Shown: in pieces, positions 11,933 through 26,119 of the stretch
Layout of the letters: the number at the start of each line of letters is the position of its first letter
Position numbering within the stretch: the stretch's first letter is position 1
Position numbers and translations under genes: made by a program
The notes under the pieces: generated by a model
Told to the model about the DNA's origin: nothing
What the model saw: the letters and a program-made list of their open reading frames with translations, nothing else
Database searches by the model: none
Assembly (NCBI GenBank): GCA_964016885.1
Contig: OZ024758.1
Location: 4,588,001-4,652,000, forward strand
Direction of reading: 5' to 3'
DNA from: Eledone cirrhosa
Lineage: Eukaryota
DNA: 64,000 bases

Positions 11933-12965
11933 ATATATATATATATCAGTACGCGCGCGCGCGTGCGTGCGTGCGTGCGTGCGTGTACTTGTGTGACAAA
12001 AGCGAACAAAATTGTTTTTCAGACTATTTTCAATTCAAGAACTTGTTTGTTATTCAATCTGTAGGAAATGCAGTGATTGACCAGTTAGGTAAATAACATC
12101 ACTTTTATTCACATAAGTTGATTTAAAGTAAATATATACAACATAATACATTTATTCGTCTTTTTCCTTAAATTATATTCCAGTCGATCCCATTATATTT
12201 ATGCTGTTCGCCTGATAGCAACAGATAGGATACATATTTGGATATGGAGCGTTAATATCACTGCCTACCAAATCAATGTCTCTCATTGTTATATATGAAT
12301 CTATTGAACACAAGATATAGCTTTGGCTAGAGATATGAATGAAAGGGATGGGAAATATGTTGTATTTTTTTAGTGATTTTCCTATCATTGGAATTCAGTA
12401 CTGCATTACAATGTGATAACTCACGCTATGCTGTGCAAATAATAACATTTTACCTATATAGACATATTTATTTATTTGTATTGGTAACGAAGACAGTAAA
12501 CTAGACTATTTGTGGACAAACAATGTAATAATATTAAGGGAAGACCAATCTCTATCGTTTTCAGTCATATGTTCAATCAAAACTAAATCCTGTCTTTAAT
12601 AGATTCAAGTTTAACAAATAGAATTCAGTGAACGATTAGTATTTTATATGAGCGCAATCATACCCTTGTGGTTTAGAAGTTTGTTTTAAATCAGTTGACT
12701 CTAGTGTCAATCCCACTACTCAGGATGCTGGGTAATTGCTCTCTACCATAGATTCAGGGTTGCGAAACCTTGTCAGAGAAAATTAGTTGATAAAAACTAC
12801 GGAACATCCGTTGGATTTTGGATTGATTCTATCTGATCTTAGGGTTGATTTAATCCAGATTTTCTCCAAAGTGGGCACTGTTACTCTCCGGGGGCGTTGA
12901 GAAGGTCCAGTGGTGGTGGATGTGGTAGAGATGATATATATTAAATATGACATTATACATATGAA

Positions 12966-13080
12966 GGCGTGTGGCTGAGTGGTTAGGTAATTGGATTTGC
13001 AATCGTGATGTTGTGAGCTTGATTCCCGGACCAGTTGATGCGTTATGTCCTTAAGCAAGACACTTTATTTCACGTTGTTC
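12966..13080 (+). mobile_element. tRNA-derived SINE family 2, 5' part
   Basis: A-box TGGCTGAGTGG, degenerate B-box, then GTCCTTAAGCAAGACACTTTATTTCACGTTG shared with 13726. Confidence 0.75.
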
Positions 13081-13725
13081 CTTCTACCTGGAGTTGCGAC
13101 CGATAGAGAGTATTAGCAATTTGAAAGACCAATGGAAACATTGTTTCCTCGGTCCGATTTGACGAAAGTGGATCGACTGTCGCTAGATATATATAAATAT
13201 AGTAAAATAAAAAATATACATAATATTTATTTATACATAGTATATAATTTATTATATATAAATTAACGATTTTATTTATTATATATTATTAATAATTAAC
13301 ATGTAGACTGGTCTCTCTGGAAATAGGGTTGGGTGGCGGACAGTGACCAAAAAAAGTTTGCGAGTCTCTAATTTAATCTATTACCTTAAGATACCATACA
13401 TCTCTTGTGTGTCTTTGACAACGTTTGCTCTCTTGCAAGGATTCTATCAATGGAAGCTGTATAAAGATATGTTGACATTCTAAAGTTATGTATCGTTATA
13501 CCATAGCAAAAATGTCATTATTTTATTCTCATTGTCTCACCTGTCTCTGTGAGGCTATAGAACACTAAATAATCTTATATCTAACCTATAAAAACAGAGT
13601 AATGTGTCGTATTGACTAAAATCTTTTGATATCATAAGATGAAGAAATTATTCATTCACATTGTTGTTACATATATTTTGAAAGAAATTCAAATTGATTT
13701 AGTATTATGTATCATATTGTGTGAA

Positions 13726-14040
13726 GGCGCATGGTTTAGTTGTTAGAGCATTGGGCTTGCAATTAAGAGGTTGCGAGTTCGATTCTCGGACCGGATGATG
13801 TGTTGTGTCCTTGAGCAAGACACTTTATTTCACGTTGCTCCAGTTCACTCATATGTAGAAATGAGTTGCGACGTCACTGGTGCCAAGCTGTATCGGCCAT
13901 AGCCATCGGTGGCGTGGAGAGGGGAGACTGGTATGCATGAGTGACTGCTGGTCTTCCACAAAACAAATCTTGCCCAGGCTTGTGCCCCGGAGAGAAACTT
14001 TCTAGGTGAAAAGCCATGGTCATTCGTAACCGAGTGGGGC
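13726..14040 (+). mobile_element. tRNA-derived SINE family 2, near full length
   Basis: tRNA head with GAGTTCGATTCTC, central TGTGTCCTTGAGCAAGACACTT...CTCCAGTTCACTCA, 3' end CGTAACCGA. Confidence 0.8.
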
Positions 14041-15094
14041 TTCAAAGCATATTGTTGAAAGTGTGGTTTTTTTTGTTTTATGTGTTTGATCTCAATGTAG
14101 CAGCTTTCTGTTTGTGTTTTATGTCAAGTGCCTTATAATACCATCCTCTTTCTGGTAACAGAAAATAGAATTTGAACCTAGAATTCTCAGGACTTCTACC
14201 TTCAATTTATAATTCCCGAAATGATGAAGGGCAATTATAACTACAGTGAGATTTGAGCTCACAGTGCGGTTATCCAAACAAATACGGCAAAGTATTTAAG
14301 CAGACTCATTAACTACTCTTCCAATTGACCAGCTTTGAATGTGAAAAGACTGAGTTGATTAAATTAACATAGTTACTTGAGTACTAGACTTGACTACTAG
14401 ACTTTACTTTACTGAGCGCAGAAACATGAAAAGCAAAATCATCTCTAGTGCAATATCAACAGAGCATGAAACGGTCTATTGACTTCCAGCAAAATCACAA
14501 GGCATCACATTTAGGAATGTATACATTCTATTTGACCGAACCCAGTTCTCTTCGGCTACTAATTTTATCCATCTCGATAAGATTTTGTCTGACACGCCTA
14601 CGGTCCTTCCCGTCTACGGCCTATAAATTAAGCGACTATTTTGACATCGTCTTCGAGATAATTAATAGATGTTGCTGAGTCTAATGTATTGGAAGCAATA
14701 AATTTTGATGTAATTATATTATGGTTTTAATTAAATTATATATATCATTTTCATGTTTTTTTCGTGAGACATGAAGGCTTGGGTATATGTTACCAGCATA
14801 AATAATTACTATACAAATTATGTATTGAAATATCTTTCGTGCAAGCATAACTTTCCTTCGACGACAAGTCATTGAATATGAAACACAAGAACATTAAAAG
14901 AAAAAGAAAATATCTTCCACAGTACTGAAGTAAAATAGTAAACGTATGCGTTTGGATATAAAATATATTATGGACATATTATGAATAAGATCTTCCCACG
15001 TAACATATTTCATTTAGAGAACTTTCAAGAAGGTAACTACCAATTGATGAATTGCTTCATTCCGAATATTTAATATATATTCTTCTAGAATTAC

Positions 15095-15392
15095 TGAAAA
15101 TACTTTTAATTTTTGTTTTGGTAAGAAATTAAATCTGAAAATATTTGAGGATGGATCCTTTTAGAATTAAAGAAGAATTAAGGAAAGTACTTTTAATTTA
15201 TGTTCTGGTAGAAAATTAAATTGTGAAAATATTTGTGGAGGTTCCTTCTATAAATAAGGAAATCATTTTTAATCTAGGTTCTGGTAGAAAATTAAATCTG
15301 TGAAAATATTTGAAGGGGGATCCTTCTAGAATTAAGGAAGATACTTTTAATCTAGGTCCTGGGAGGAAAGTAAATCTGTGAAAATATTTGAG
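15095..15392. repeat. ~70 bp tandem repeat, about 4 copies
   Basis: TACTTTTAAT...GGTAGAAAATTAAATCTGTGAAAATATTTG..GGATCCTTCTAGAATTAAGG recurs. Confidence 0.8.
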
Positions 15393-15766
15393 ACGTTTCT
15401 AAACTTTTGTATGAGGCGATTGCAGTTAAATCATGAGATATTTTAAAATCAGAAATGTTTCTTTTTTTCTTTGTCAGTAGCCAAGTCTGTATGGGTAACA
15501 ATGGCCATAGACTTTGGCAGAATACTTACTAGTGACAGGTCTGAAATGAAAGACACGAGACATACATTAACTAGACAACCAAACCTGGGACAGATGCTGG
15601 CCTGTGTGGATTTGTCACTCCTGGTCACTGTGGCATTGCAAGTCCAACACATCGCCCTGTTTTATGCGTTTTGCTATTAAGACCTGGTTTCCTATCGGTC
15701 AAAATCTGTCTCGTTTAGAATGGAATAAATATACCTTGTTATATTTGGGGAGGGTCATATTGTACT

Positions 15767-15959
15767 AATATTGTTTCTACTTTTAGCACAAGGCCAGCAA
15801 TTATCCCGGTGCATTACTGGTACTTTATTCTATCGACTCCGTAAGGATGAAAGGCAAAGTTAACCTCGGCGTGATTCGAACTCAGACTGTAAAGGGGCGT
15901 AATTCTATGCTGCAAAGCATGGCCTCCGACTCTCTACCGATACTGCCAATAGACCACCC
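15767..15959 (-). mobile_element. SINE family 1 joined to family X 3' end (15736-15766)
   Basis: Reverse complement of consensus. Confidence 0.85.
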
Positions 15960-16758
15960 TTTGTAGTAATATATCTCTTCTTAGTTAAGAATTTCATGCA
16001 TGGTCCGGTAACTGTCCAGAGAATCATAGGGGCGCCGTATTGCCCCAAGGGGTTCATATGTTACTTTTCTAAACCTGACAGAGCCCAATCCTCTCCAGGT
16101 CTGAATACAGCAGATTGCTTCCAGAAAAAGATAGAGAGTGTGAGAGAATGGACGTGAGAAAGAGATATAGCGGAATAATCGACATCAGTATTAGAGAGGT
16201 ACTTTTTATCGACCTTAAATGGATGAAATATTAAGAAATCCGTATATTGTCAATAATAGAAAACTTTCGAAATAAATGAACGCTACGATTATCTTATAAA
16301 ATTTGGTCTTCCTAAAATTTCAATCAATATTGTAATTAAATAAAGTTGTATTTTTCCTATGGATATTAGTAGATGGCTTGATACTCGTCTAGTATAATTG
16401 CACAGGAACAAGAGAGAGTATGGAGCGCAATTAACATGCATCAGGTAAATTAGGCAAACTGTAATTGAGGATTTTAAGTGTACACACTTATGAAAGCATT
16501 ACATTTCCTTTTCTAGAATCTAGTTATATTTGATTAGTATCAGGTGAATTTTGAACCACTAAAAACAACTATAAAGTTCAGTCGCAATTAGGGAATGTCC
16601 ACTTTAATTATAACTTATAATCACTAAATAGAGTCCATTTTGGTTCCCTCTTTAGTTCTAGTACTTGGAATACTTTATGTGGCGGATTGTGTGTTAGCAA
16701 TAGTATTAAAGATCACTTTCTCCTATACAAACACCTTAGACTCACATAATACAGACTG

Positions 16759-16805
<47 letters not shown>

Positions 16806-17046
16806 TTTGTATATATGTACATTGTTTTATATTTTGTATATATATATATATGTATATTTTGTTTTATATTTTGTATATATATATATATCAGGAAGTCTCC
16901 AAACAACCAATCCATCCGATCGATTTTTTAAGTCTCTCATAGGATTACTCTCTTGCTAATGGATTCTTTTGTGTTCTTGGCGATTTAATGTTCCTCCTAA
17001 CACATTGTTTAGGTTTTCAAAATTATTTAAATATATTAAAAATTAT

Positions 17047-17105
<59 letters not shown>

Positions 17106-17151
17106 GAACAGATTAAAGTTTAGTATTCACATTTATTATTACTATATTATT

Positions 17152-17236
17152 ACATCCTTACGGGGTCGATAAAATAAAGTACCGTAATACACTGGGTAAT
17201 TGCTGGCCTTGTGCCAAAAGTAGAAACAATTATTAC
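17152..17236 (+). mobile_element. SINE family 1, 3' fragment
   Basis: CATCCTTACGGGGTCGATAAAATAAAGTACC...AGTAGAAACAATTATT. Confidence 0.8.
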
Positions 17237-17342
17237 TATATATATGTGTGTGTGTGCGTGTGCGTGTGTGGCCTCTGCATACAAATGGTGACCTAATAAA
17301 CTAATTTTTATCCAACCTCATTTCCAGATAAATATCTAAATT

Positions 17343-17463
17343 CAACATAAATTAATTCACTCAGCATCGAAGCCAATCATGATAAAAGATTTGCCAGAGA
17401 CAGTTTGTTAACTCGCCACAAAATTATCCACACGGGAAAATGATATCGATGTTATATGAGTGA
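17343..17463 (+). pseudogene. Decayed C2H2 zinc-finger remnant
   Basis: QHKLIHSASKP, frameshift, DKRFARDSLLTRHKIIHTGK*YRC: Kruppel-type F..L..H...HTG signature with a stop and a frameshift. Confidence 0.6.
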
Positions 17464-18109
17464 CTTAAATAGCAGAAGCTATCAGCCACATTTATGGATC
17501 TTTCCTCTGATAGAAATAGGTTTATATCCTTGACACTCTTCTCCTCAATTACGCCTATACAAATAGCCTTAGTATTAGGGGAATTCATCAATCCTTACGG
17601 ATATATTATGAATGTCAATGTATATATGCTAGCTGTCACATTTGATAGAATTGAGACGGGAGTTGGCATGGTATAAGAAATCATTCAATTGACATACAAA
17701 ACGAACAAGATATATTTAAGGATCAATGTGTCGAAATTATTAAGCCAATATGGCGCCCCAACGATTCTATCAGGATTTACGGGGATATACATACATACAT
17801 GTAGATATTGTCTACATATTGATTTCAGCCATACTTTTATGTATATATTTTTAACAAGTTAATCTTTTATAAAATTTCCTTCATGGTTTTATATAATAGT
17901 TGTAATAAAAATAGTTGTAATATGATCTATGGCATACCAATTATTATCTGTCTTCATAACTCTAAGAACCTGAGAACGATAACCAGGCTCCCTATATGAA
18001 TCGGGGACCTCCTGTTACATAAATATATTTATAACACTTCTTTCTTCGAAAATGTCTTTCATTATGAGAATGTATCACTTATGTTTTTCCTTGTCAAGTC
18101 AAGAATACT

Positions 18110-18329
18110 CAAACTATATAAAAGATCAACTCGTGGTGTGAGTAGGTTATGCCTGGAAGGAAGGTCGGCTGGTAAGAGAAGCAGAGGCCGGCAGCTAAAA
18201 CGATGGCTTGGCAATGTCAACTTATGGACTGGACTTGATCTTTGCTCTTTAAACACTGCTGCTGGTGATCGCCCTTTGTGGAGAGAGATATCACATGTTA
18301 ATGCACAGTCAGCAACTGGCAGAGTTTAG
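18110..18329 (+). mobile_element. RTE-type LINE ORF C-terminal fragment
   Basis: LEGRSAGKRSRGRQLKRWLGNV...AAGDRPLWR matches the G.R.RGRP..RW...A.DR..WR motif. Confidence 0.75.
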
Positions 18330-19244
18330 CGTCACAAGAATGTTGTGTATTATCTGTGTTCGAAATATCAAATGAACGCTTAGAATCCTCGATCTTTTTT
18401 TCAGATCATTTAAAATTCATTATAACATGCTGTTGAAACCGTTTCTATGTTTTTAATGCATTTTTCTCCCAATTCAAGTGACGAATTAGACTGCCTGTAA
18501 ACTCTAGATATTCACACAATGCACTAGTAGATATATGAGAGGTGCCATTTTAATGATAATCTGGTAGCACAACGTTTCAGAAAACATTTATAATATTCTA
18601 GTTATATGAGACTATATGTAAATATATAAATTGATATTGTGAAGGATTCATGATTAAAAACTACAACATAAATTGATATTATATTATAATGATGGCGATA
18701 AGTGTTTATACAATGCAATTATTTAAAATGAGACAGAATCTTAAGACTTCTAGCGATTATAATGAAATGAAAATGAAACTGTTTGAAAATGTTCTGTATA
18801 AAAATGAATATTATTCCAAATCTATCATTATGTATTATCCTCAAACACAAACTATAAATAAACAACGTTTCTGCTAAGCACGTTTTAGCTTGTGTGTTAA
18901 TAATAAACCTCATTTTTATCTAAGATGCTGAACAGGTGCGGTAAGGGTAATGCTGGTGTCAATTGAGAAAAATGATAGAATTAGTCGCAATACTGGAAGT
19001 TGGAATTGAAATTGAAATATATTACTCATCAGCAGGCATGGTAATATCTCTGCAATTTCATTTCCAGTTCTTTTCATCTCTATAAATTTCTAACACGCGA
19101 AAATACTTAATTTGAGGTCAAGCCATGACCTCAGCAATTGAACATTCTAAATACGATAATCTACAAACTGAGTCATTTTTCTATTTTTGCTTCAAGTAAA
19201 ACAGGGAAAAGAAAGGATTCAAATTTAGATCGTGAATAATATAA

Positions 19245-19760
19245 ATGTGTTGTTGTTGTTGGTGGTGGTGTTGATGGTGGTGTTGTTGTTGGCGGTGGTG
19301 GTGGTGGTGGTGTTGCTGTTGTTAGTGGTCGTGGTGATGTTGCTATTGTTTTTGTAGTTGCTGGTGGTGGTGATGCTATTGTATTTGGTGGTGGTGGTGG
19401 TGGTGGTGTTGCTGTTGTTGTTGTTGGTGGTTGTGTTTCTATTGTTGCTGTTGGTGGTGATGATGATGGTTGTGTCGTTATTGTTGTTGTTGGTGGTGTT
19501 TATGGGGGGGGGGGTTATTGTTGTTGCTGCTATTGCTTTTGTTGTCGTTTTCGTTGGTATTGGTCTTGATGTTGGTGTTGATGTTTGCGGTGGTGGTGCT
19601 ATTTTTGATGGTGGTGGTCTTGTTGTTGTTGATGATGGTGGGCGGTCTTGCTGTTCTTGTTGGTGCTGTTGCTGTTGATGATGATGATGATGATGATGTT
19701 GTTGTTGCTGCTACTGCTGCTGCTGCTGCTGCTGGTAATGGTGTTGTTTTTGTTGCTGTT
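19245..19760. repeat. (GTT/GGT/GAT/GCT)n trinucleotide tract
   Basis: Direct reading. Confidence 0.9.
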
Positions 19761-19916
19761 CGAGATACGAGAAAACATTTATTGATTATTTATTCGCAGT
19801 TGTGTGCCGCACAAGATATGGAAAACCAGAGAAGTGATATTAATCGAAATCAGAGAATATAGTCGGAAATAAACAAGTGACATATTATGGGAAATAATAT
19901 GCCACAAAGACAAGAA

Positions 19917-20620
19917 AATAGAACACTCTAGAGCAAATATAACTTGTAAAATAATAGGAATAGTCTGTCTATTCAACATTAGGATGAAATCAATATCGAA
20001 ACCTAGAAAAAAGAAAATTAAAACCTAGTCCTTGATTGATATGGAAAAGCAAATCTAATATCGGTGTTATTTGAAGACAAAAGAAATATGAACGTAACTA
20101 TATGCTACAAAGACATGACAATAGAACCCTAAAAAGCAAATATAACTTGTAAAATAATAGGGATAGTCTGTCTATTCGACACTAGGATGAAATCAACATC
20201 GCAACCAAGAAGAATGAGAATTAAACATCTAGTCTTTGATTGATGCTTTATTTAAGGGGTGTGCAACATATTCCATTGGCGGGCCACTTTTGAACATTGG
20301 AAGAACTATTAGGGCCATTAATATATATTAATTCTGTCCATAATATGGAACTAGGAAATTATAACACACATAACCCTATCAGTGAAGCCCTTTAGTATAG
20401 ATCAACTAATTTACTATTTACGAAAAAAAATTCTAAATAAAACTACAAGGTAAAAATTAAAAACGGTCATCACGGGCCACTCTGACTGGTCTGGTAGGCC
20501 GAATTGTAGCCCACGGGCCGCATGTTGCAGGCCCCTGTATTATTTTATTGATATATAAAACCAAATTTAACATCGGTGTTATTTGAATTCAGAAGAAATA
20601 TGAACGAAAGCATATGCCAT
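19917..20620. repeat. ~200 bp tandem duplication, second copy split by a MITE
   Basis: 19917-20110 matches 20120-20244 plus 20548-20620. Confidence 0.75.
20254..20537. mobile_element. hAT (Charlie-like) MITE
   Basis: TIRs AAGGGGTGTGCAACAT / ATGTTGCAGGCCCCTG, subterminal CGGGCC motifs, imperfect 8 bp flanks CTTTATTT / TATTATTT. Confidence 0.7.
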
Positions 20621-21629
20621 AACTCATTATACCCGACACTCTAACGAAAGCTGGAGGTTAGCTTGTATGTATGTGTTGTAGATATGTAGGAATAGACTTC
20701 AACTCTTTCAAACAGCGATATGTTAACATTAAGGATGTGGTATGCTTTTGGATATATTTGCAATAGTTATTGGGAATATATTAGCAATATATGACGTTGA
20801 AAGGAATGAGTGGAAATCCCTCGGAATCCTAATGTCAGATCAGGAATTATAAGGTATGAACGCAAAATAGAAGTGATGTGTATGGAGATGTTATATCTCA
20901 ATGTCAGAAACCATCTTATTGATTCAGTTAATCGCTTTGAGGTCACTAATGTTCAATAAGATATAGCAATAATTTATTGAACCAAAGTGAAATAGGTTTG
21001 TTACACAAGTCTGCAGTAAAGATTATGACACAATATGACAGCTTTCATCTGCAATCCGATAATATAGTTTTTTGTGTGAGTTTATGTTAATACTAAGGTG
21101 GAAAGGAGATTATTAAGTATTGAAAAAAGAAAAAACATGTGAAAGAAGATATTCAGTTTGTATTTTGCACATAGATGAAGAAACGTGACGTAATATCGGT
21201 TGCCAAGTTAGATAAGGATATTATAGAAAACAAGGCAAAGAATGAGTAGAGGGAAAAATCAGGCGCGAAGGAGAATACATGCCATGTATGGATAGTTTGG
21301 AAAGTAGACAAAGGGGTATAAAAAGAAAAAAAATCTTTGTAAAATAGATTCCAAAAATGCAAATAAAAGACTTAGAGAATAGATAACAAAGATCAAGAAT
21401 TGAATGTAAAATCTGTTAGAAAATATATCTACTCCATTTGTAGAGTAGTAAGAGATTTATGAATGGCAGTAATCTAAGTCAGATTTAGTATAAATAATCG
21501 TTATTGAAGATTGTATTAAGAAATTTGATTGCAAATTTATAACGAAACTATAAATTTCAAGTTTTGGAAAGGGCTAGAAATATAATTCAGGAAGCTATTA
21601 ATGAAATAGTATATGCAAGCAAACAAACA

Positions 21630-22415
21630 TTAAATATAATATATTAAATGTATTAAATTAAATTAAATATATTAAATTAAATATATTAAATTAAATATAT
21701 TAAATTAAATATATCAAATTAAATATATCAAATTAAATATATTAAATTAAATTAAATATATTAAATTATATTAAATTAAATTAAATATATTAAATTAAAT
21801 TAAATATATTAAATTAAAAATAATATATTAAATTGAAAATAATATATTAAATTGAATATAATATATAAAATTGAATATAATATATTAAATTAAATATAAT
21901 ATATAAAATTGAATATAATATATTAAATTAAATATAATATATTAAATTAAATATAATATATTAAATTAAATATAATATATTAAATTAAATATAATATATT
22001 AAATTAAATATAATATATTAAATTAAATATAATATATTAAATTAAATATAATATATTAAATTAAATATAATATATTAAATTAAATATAATATATTAAATT
22101 AAATATAATATATTAAATTAAATATATTAAATTAAATAAAATATATTAAATTAAATTAAATATATTAAATTAAATTAAATATATTAAATTAAATTAAATA
22201 TATTAAATTAAATTAAATATATTAAATTAAATTAAATATATTAAATTAAATTAAATATATTAAATTAAATTAAATATATTAAATTAAATTAAATATATTA
22301 AATTGAATATAATATATTAAATTGAATATAATATATTAAATTGAATATAATATATTAAATTGAATATAATATATTAAATTGAATATAATATATTAAATTA
22401 AATATAATATATTAA
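21630..22415. repeat. Pure-AT minisatellite (ATATATTAAATTRAATATA-type, 14-19 bp units)
   Basis: Direct reading; flanked by a ~115 bp direct duplication. Confidence 0.9.
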
Positions 22416-22715
22416 GTATTAAGAAATTTGATTGCAAATTATAACGAAACTATAAATTTCAAGTCTTTGGAAAGTGCTAGAAATATAATTCAGGAAGCTA
22501 TTAACGAAATAGTATATGCAAGCAAACAAAGATGTACAAACATGTGTGTATATATATATATATATATTGAGATTAGAAATATGTATTGACAGTCATTACA
22601 TACTATCGATCTACCATGATTAATCAACCCTCTGAAACGATCATAAAACAATGAACTAATTAGCAACCTAGTTCCGACGTTCGTTTTATTCTCATTCTCC
22701 AACCAACCAACCAAC

Positions 22716-22749
<34 letters not shown>

Positions 22750-23449
22750 AGCGTATTGGTGAATGTGTGAGACAAAGAAAGAGAGAGAAAGTATGTATGA
22801 ATATATCTATGTGCGTGTTAGTTTACACACAAACACATACACTCACACACGGAGATAATAGATAATATACTGTGGTACCACACACATGCATATACATATG
22901 CACACAACAAAATGCGTTTTCCATTTTATTTCTTTTCAAAGAACTTTTACTTTGTGAAGGAATACACCCGGGACTGTGTCTAATGTAGAACAAAGAATGA
23001 GATAGAAAAATAATTAACAGAAGCACGGGTGGAATGAGACAGAAGAAATTTCAAAAAATATTAAAGTGAAATTTTAATGTTGAAAATTCTTTATTCGACA
23101 TTAAATACATTCAAAATTTAAGCGAAATTTCTAGTAGTTATTTGTGAACACCTACAGCGTTGATGTAACCAAGTAACCAGACAGTGAAACAATAAATAAT
23201 TTGCTAAGCCTAATCAATAAATCAATACATGCTGATATAATGAAGAACTTCTCACGCAAAGAGAATCTCTTCTTGCCGTCTTCTTTACGCTATTGTCCAA
23301 CATATTAAAGGAACAATTACCTATATTCTGTGCAATGATGAGTGACTGCGCCGGATATATAATATATGCACCTCTGTTCATCTCCAGTTACTTTAGTAAA
23401 GCGTTTGATCTAGGAAACAGCGTGCAGAAAAATTTGTTTGTTTTATATA

Positions 23450-23790
23450 CAGTGAAACCTCGGTTCATTAACTTAATTCGTTACTGAATGCCGTTTGTCA
23501 TCCGAAGTGTTCGTAAACCAACATATTTACCTCGTAGGAAATATTGAAAGAAAAATGCAGTGTGAGAGAGAATGTGTGTAAATTACAGACAGATATCATC
23601 ATAGTAACTAACTACACAGCAAGTGATGTTTTCCTGCCGATACTCCCAGCTTTTAGCTAACCGATGTTGCCGGCCATGCGTGTTCGTTATTCGAGACACC
23701 ATTCATCACTCGAGACATTTTTGTTCGAAAAATATATTCGGGAACCGATTTATTCGCGATGAAAAGCGTTCGCGAACCGAGGTACCACAG
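23450..23790. mobile_element. Tc1/mariner superfamily (Tigger/pogo-like) MITE
   Basis: TA-CAGTGAAACCTCGGTTC ... GAACCGAGGTACCACAG-TA. Confidence 0.8.
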
Positions 23791-24097
23791 TATATTATAT
23801 ATTTTATCTAGAATGTATATGGTGAATGTTTAATACCCATAATATTTTCCGAGCTTAGAATAAGAAGAAAATATATTATACTAGTATTGTGGGAAAGGTT
23901 TGGTCTGACTCTTTTGTATCCCTGTTCCATAGCATCGTTAGGTAACAGTCTCGGGTTGGCAAAAAAGTTAAAAATAATCCTACAGCCGGACACGTCTTTC
24001 TCTACACCTCGTCCATTCCCCTCTCATCTCTCACATCACAGAAAATATTGCGAAGAAAGTGAATATGAAAGATTGTAGATGAATATAATGGACAATC

Positions 24098-24182
24098 ATT
24101 GTTATATTTGGGGAGGGTCATGTTGTTCTAATTTCGCCAGAAATATATAGTAAAACACACTCACCGTTTGGTTTGGTTTATT
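24098..24182 (-). mobile_element. Repeat family X 3' end
   Basis: ATTGTTATATTTGGGAGGGTCA...AACACACTCAC is the reverse complement of the 39970-40049 segment. Confidence 0.65.
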
Positions 24183-24339
24183 ATATTAATAACACCTGTA
24201 ATTTTATATTGATGTCATATCGTATATCTCCTAAGCAAAGGAAAGAAAGGTTTATAATAAACTACACCTGGCAGATTCTAAACTTTCGTACTTATAGCTC
24301 TATTTACATCAGCATAATGCCAAATTCTTCGTCCTATAG

Positions 24340-24933
24340 ATCCGAGTATTTGAATTCAGATCCTGTTGAGGTTAGCTTTGCCTTTCATCCTTACGTAGTC
24401 GATAAAATAAAGCACCAATAATGCACTAAATCGATTTAATCGACTTTCCCCTCCCTAAAATGTTCTGGCCTTATGCTCTACCGATTTCTACTATTGGCAC
24501 AAGACACCATCCTTTGCAGCATAGAGTTACGCCCCTTTATGATCTGAGTTCAAATCCCGCCGAGGTTAGCTTTGCCTTTCATCCTTACCGGGTGGATAAA
24601 ATAAAGCACTGGTACCAATAATTCACTAGGGTCGATTTAATCGACTTCCCCCCCCCCCCCTCCCCCAAATTGCTGACCTTGTGCCAAAAGTAGAAATCCT
24701 TATTATTGTTTAAGCGGTGGATTAGCAGTATCGGTAGAGCGCCGGACACCATGATTTGACGCATAGATTTAGGGCTCTTTATGATCTGAGTTCGAATCCC
24801 ACTGAGGTTAGCTTTGGCTTCCGTTCTTACGGAGTCGATAAAATAAAGCACCAGTAATGCACTGGGGTCGATTTAATCGATTCTCCCCACCTCAAAGATT
24901 GCTGGCATTGTGCCTATAGTAGAAATCAATAAT
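24340..24933 (+). mobile_element. Three tandem SINE family 1 copies (~24340-24475, 24511-24708, 24713-24933)
   Basis: Each has the B-box and GTCGATAAAATAAAG core. Confidence 0.85.
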
Positions 24934-25329
24934 AAAAGCAATAAAAATTCATTATATATTTTTTTTCTATTCATTTCTCATTTTCCTATTGTCATCCTAA
25001 CTTCGAAATGGAAAATTATAAATATATGAATGGGAACCATAGAAAAAATACGGAAGTCATTTATACAGAAATCAGAAAGAATGTAATATAAAATATAAAA
25101 CCACGTAAGAAAAAGAATTGAAGTTAAATAAATAAAAGATGGTAAACCTGAAATTATAATCGAGTTAGGACAAACTTCTATACTCTATGATTTATCATTC
25201 ATCTCTTTAGATATAAAATATTAGATCAATATAAAATTATAAGTTTTATTAATACAATAAATAATTGTCCATTATATTCTTGTACAATCTTTCATATTTA
25301 CTTTCGTGGCAATGTTTGCTGTGGTGTGA

Positions 25330-25470
25330 GAGATGAGAGATGGAAGGGACGAGATGGGGTGGAGGAGGTGGGGTGGAGGAGGTGGTGTGGACGAGGTGGT
25401 GTGGACGAGGTAGTGTGGACGAGGTAGTGTGGACGAGGTAGTGTGGACGAGGTGGTGGTTTCGATGAGGT
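25330..25470. repeat. 15 bp G-rich minisatellite (GTGTGGACGAGGTRG)
   Basis: About 5 clear units plus degenerate flanks. Confidence 0.85.
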
Positions 25471-25714
25471 GGAGAGGGTTAACAGATAAATAAAGAGGGT
25501 GAGGAATGGGTTTCATTTTTTATTATCTATAATATACAATTATATATACAATAACATAATTATATTAGTAACAGCTGCCGTGATCTAGTGGAAAGCGAGA
25601 ACATACTTGCACATAAATACAGCCATATATGTAACGGTTTATGTATATAAGTATTCATTTATCTCTGTACAATATTATCATTTTCGTAATTCTTCTCCTT
25701 TTTGGTATTCTTCG

Positions 25715-25952
25715 TGTACTTCTTCTTCACCCACTTATTCTTGGGGGGGGTCGTGGGGACAGACTCCTCAAACACTCTTTCCAGCAGGTCCTGTCAGATG
25801 CAACCGTTTTCAACTGAGCCGGCTGGATCCCCAGGTGTGACCAGCCAAGCTCATGGATGTTATCCAACCATCTTGCTCGCAGTCTATCCCTGGATCTCCT
25901 GCCAGGTGGTCTGTCCAGCGATTCATTCCCGAGACATTCTAAACACATGTCC
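25715..25952 (-). mobile_element. RTE-type LINE 3' end
   Basis: GRRSRDRLRARWLDNIHELGW..LGI...VASDRTCWK followed by a GAA-rich tail. Confidence 0.75.
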
Positions 25953-26119
25953 ATAATTAAGCAATATATATATTTAATGGGCTTACTTAAACAATATGTA
26001 TTTAATGGCGTTACTTTTAAACGCCGGGTATAACACATAATTTGTTAAGGTAACCGATCTACTATAGAGAAATATTATCCTCATCATCCGCCAGCTCAAT
26101 GTATAGAGGGTGGATGGAT

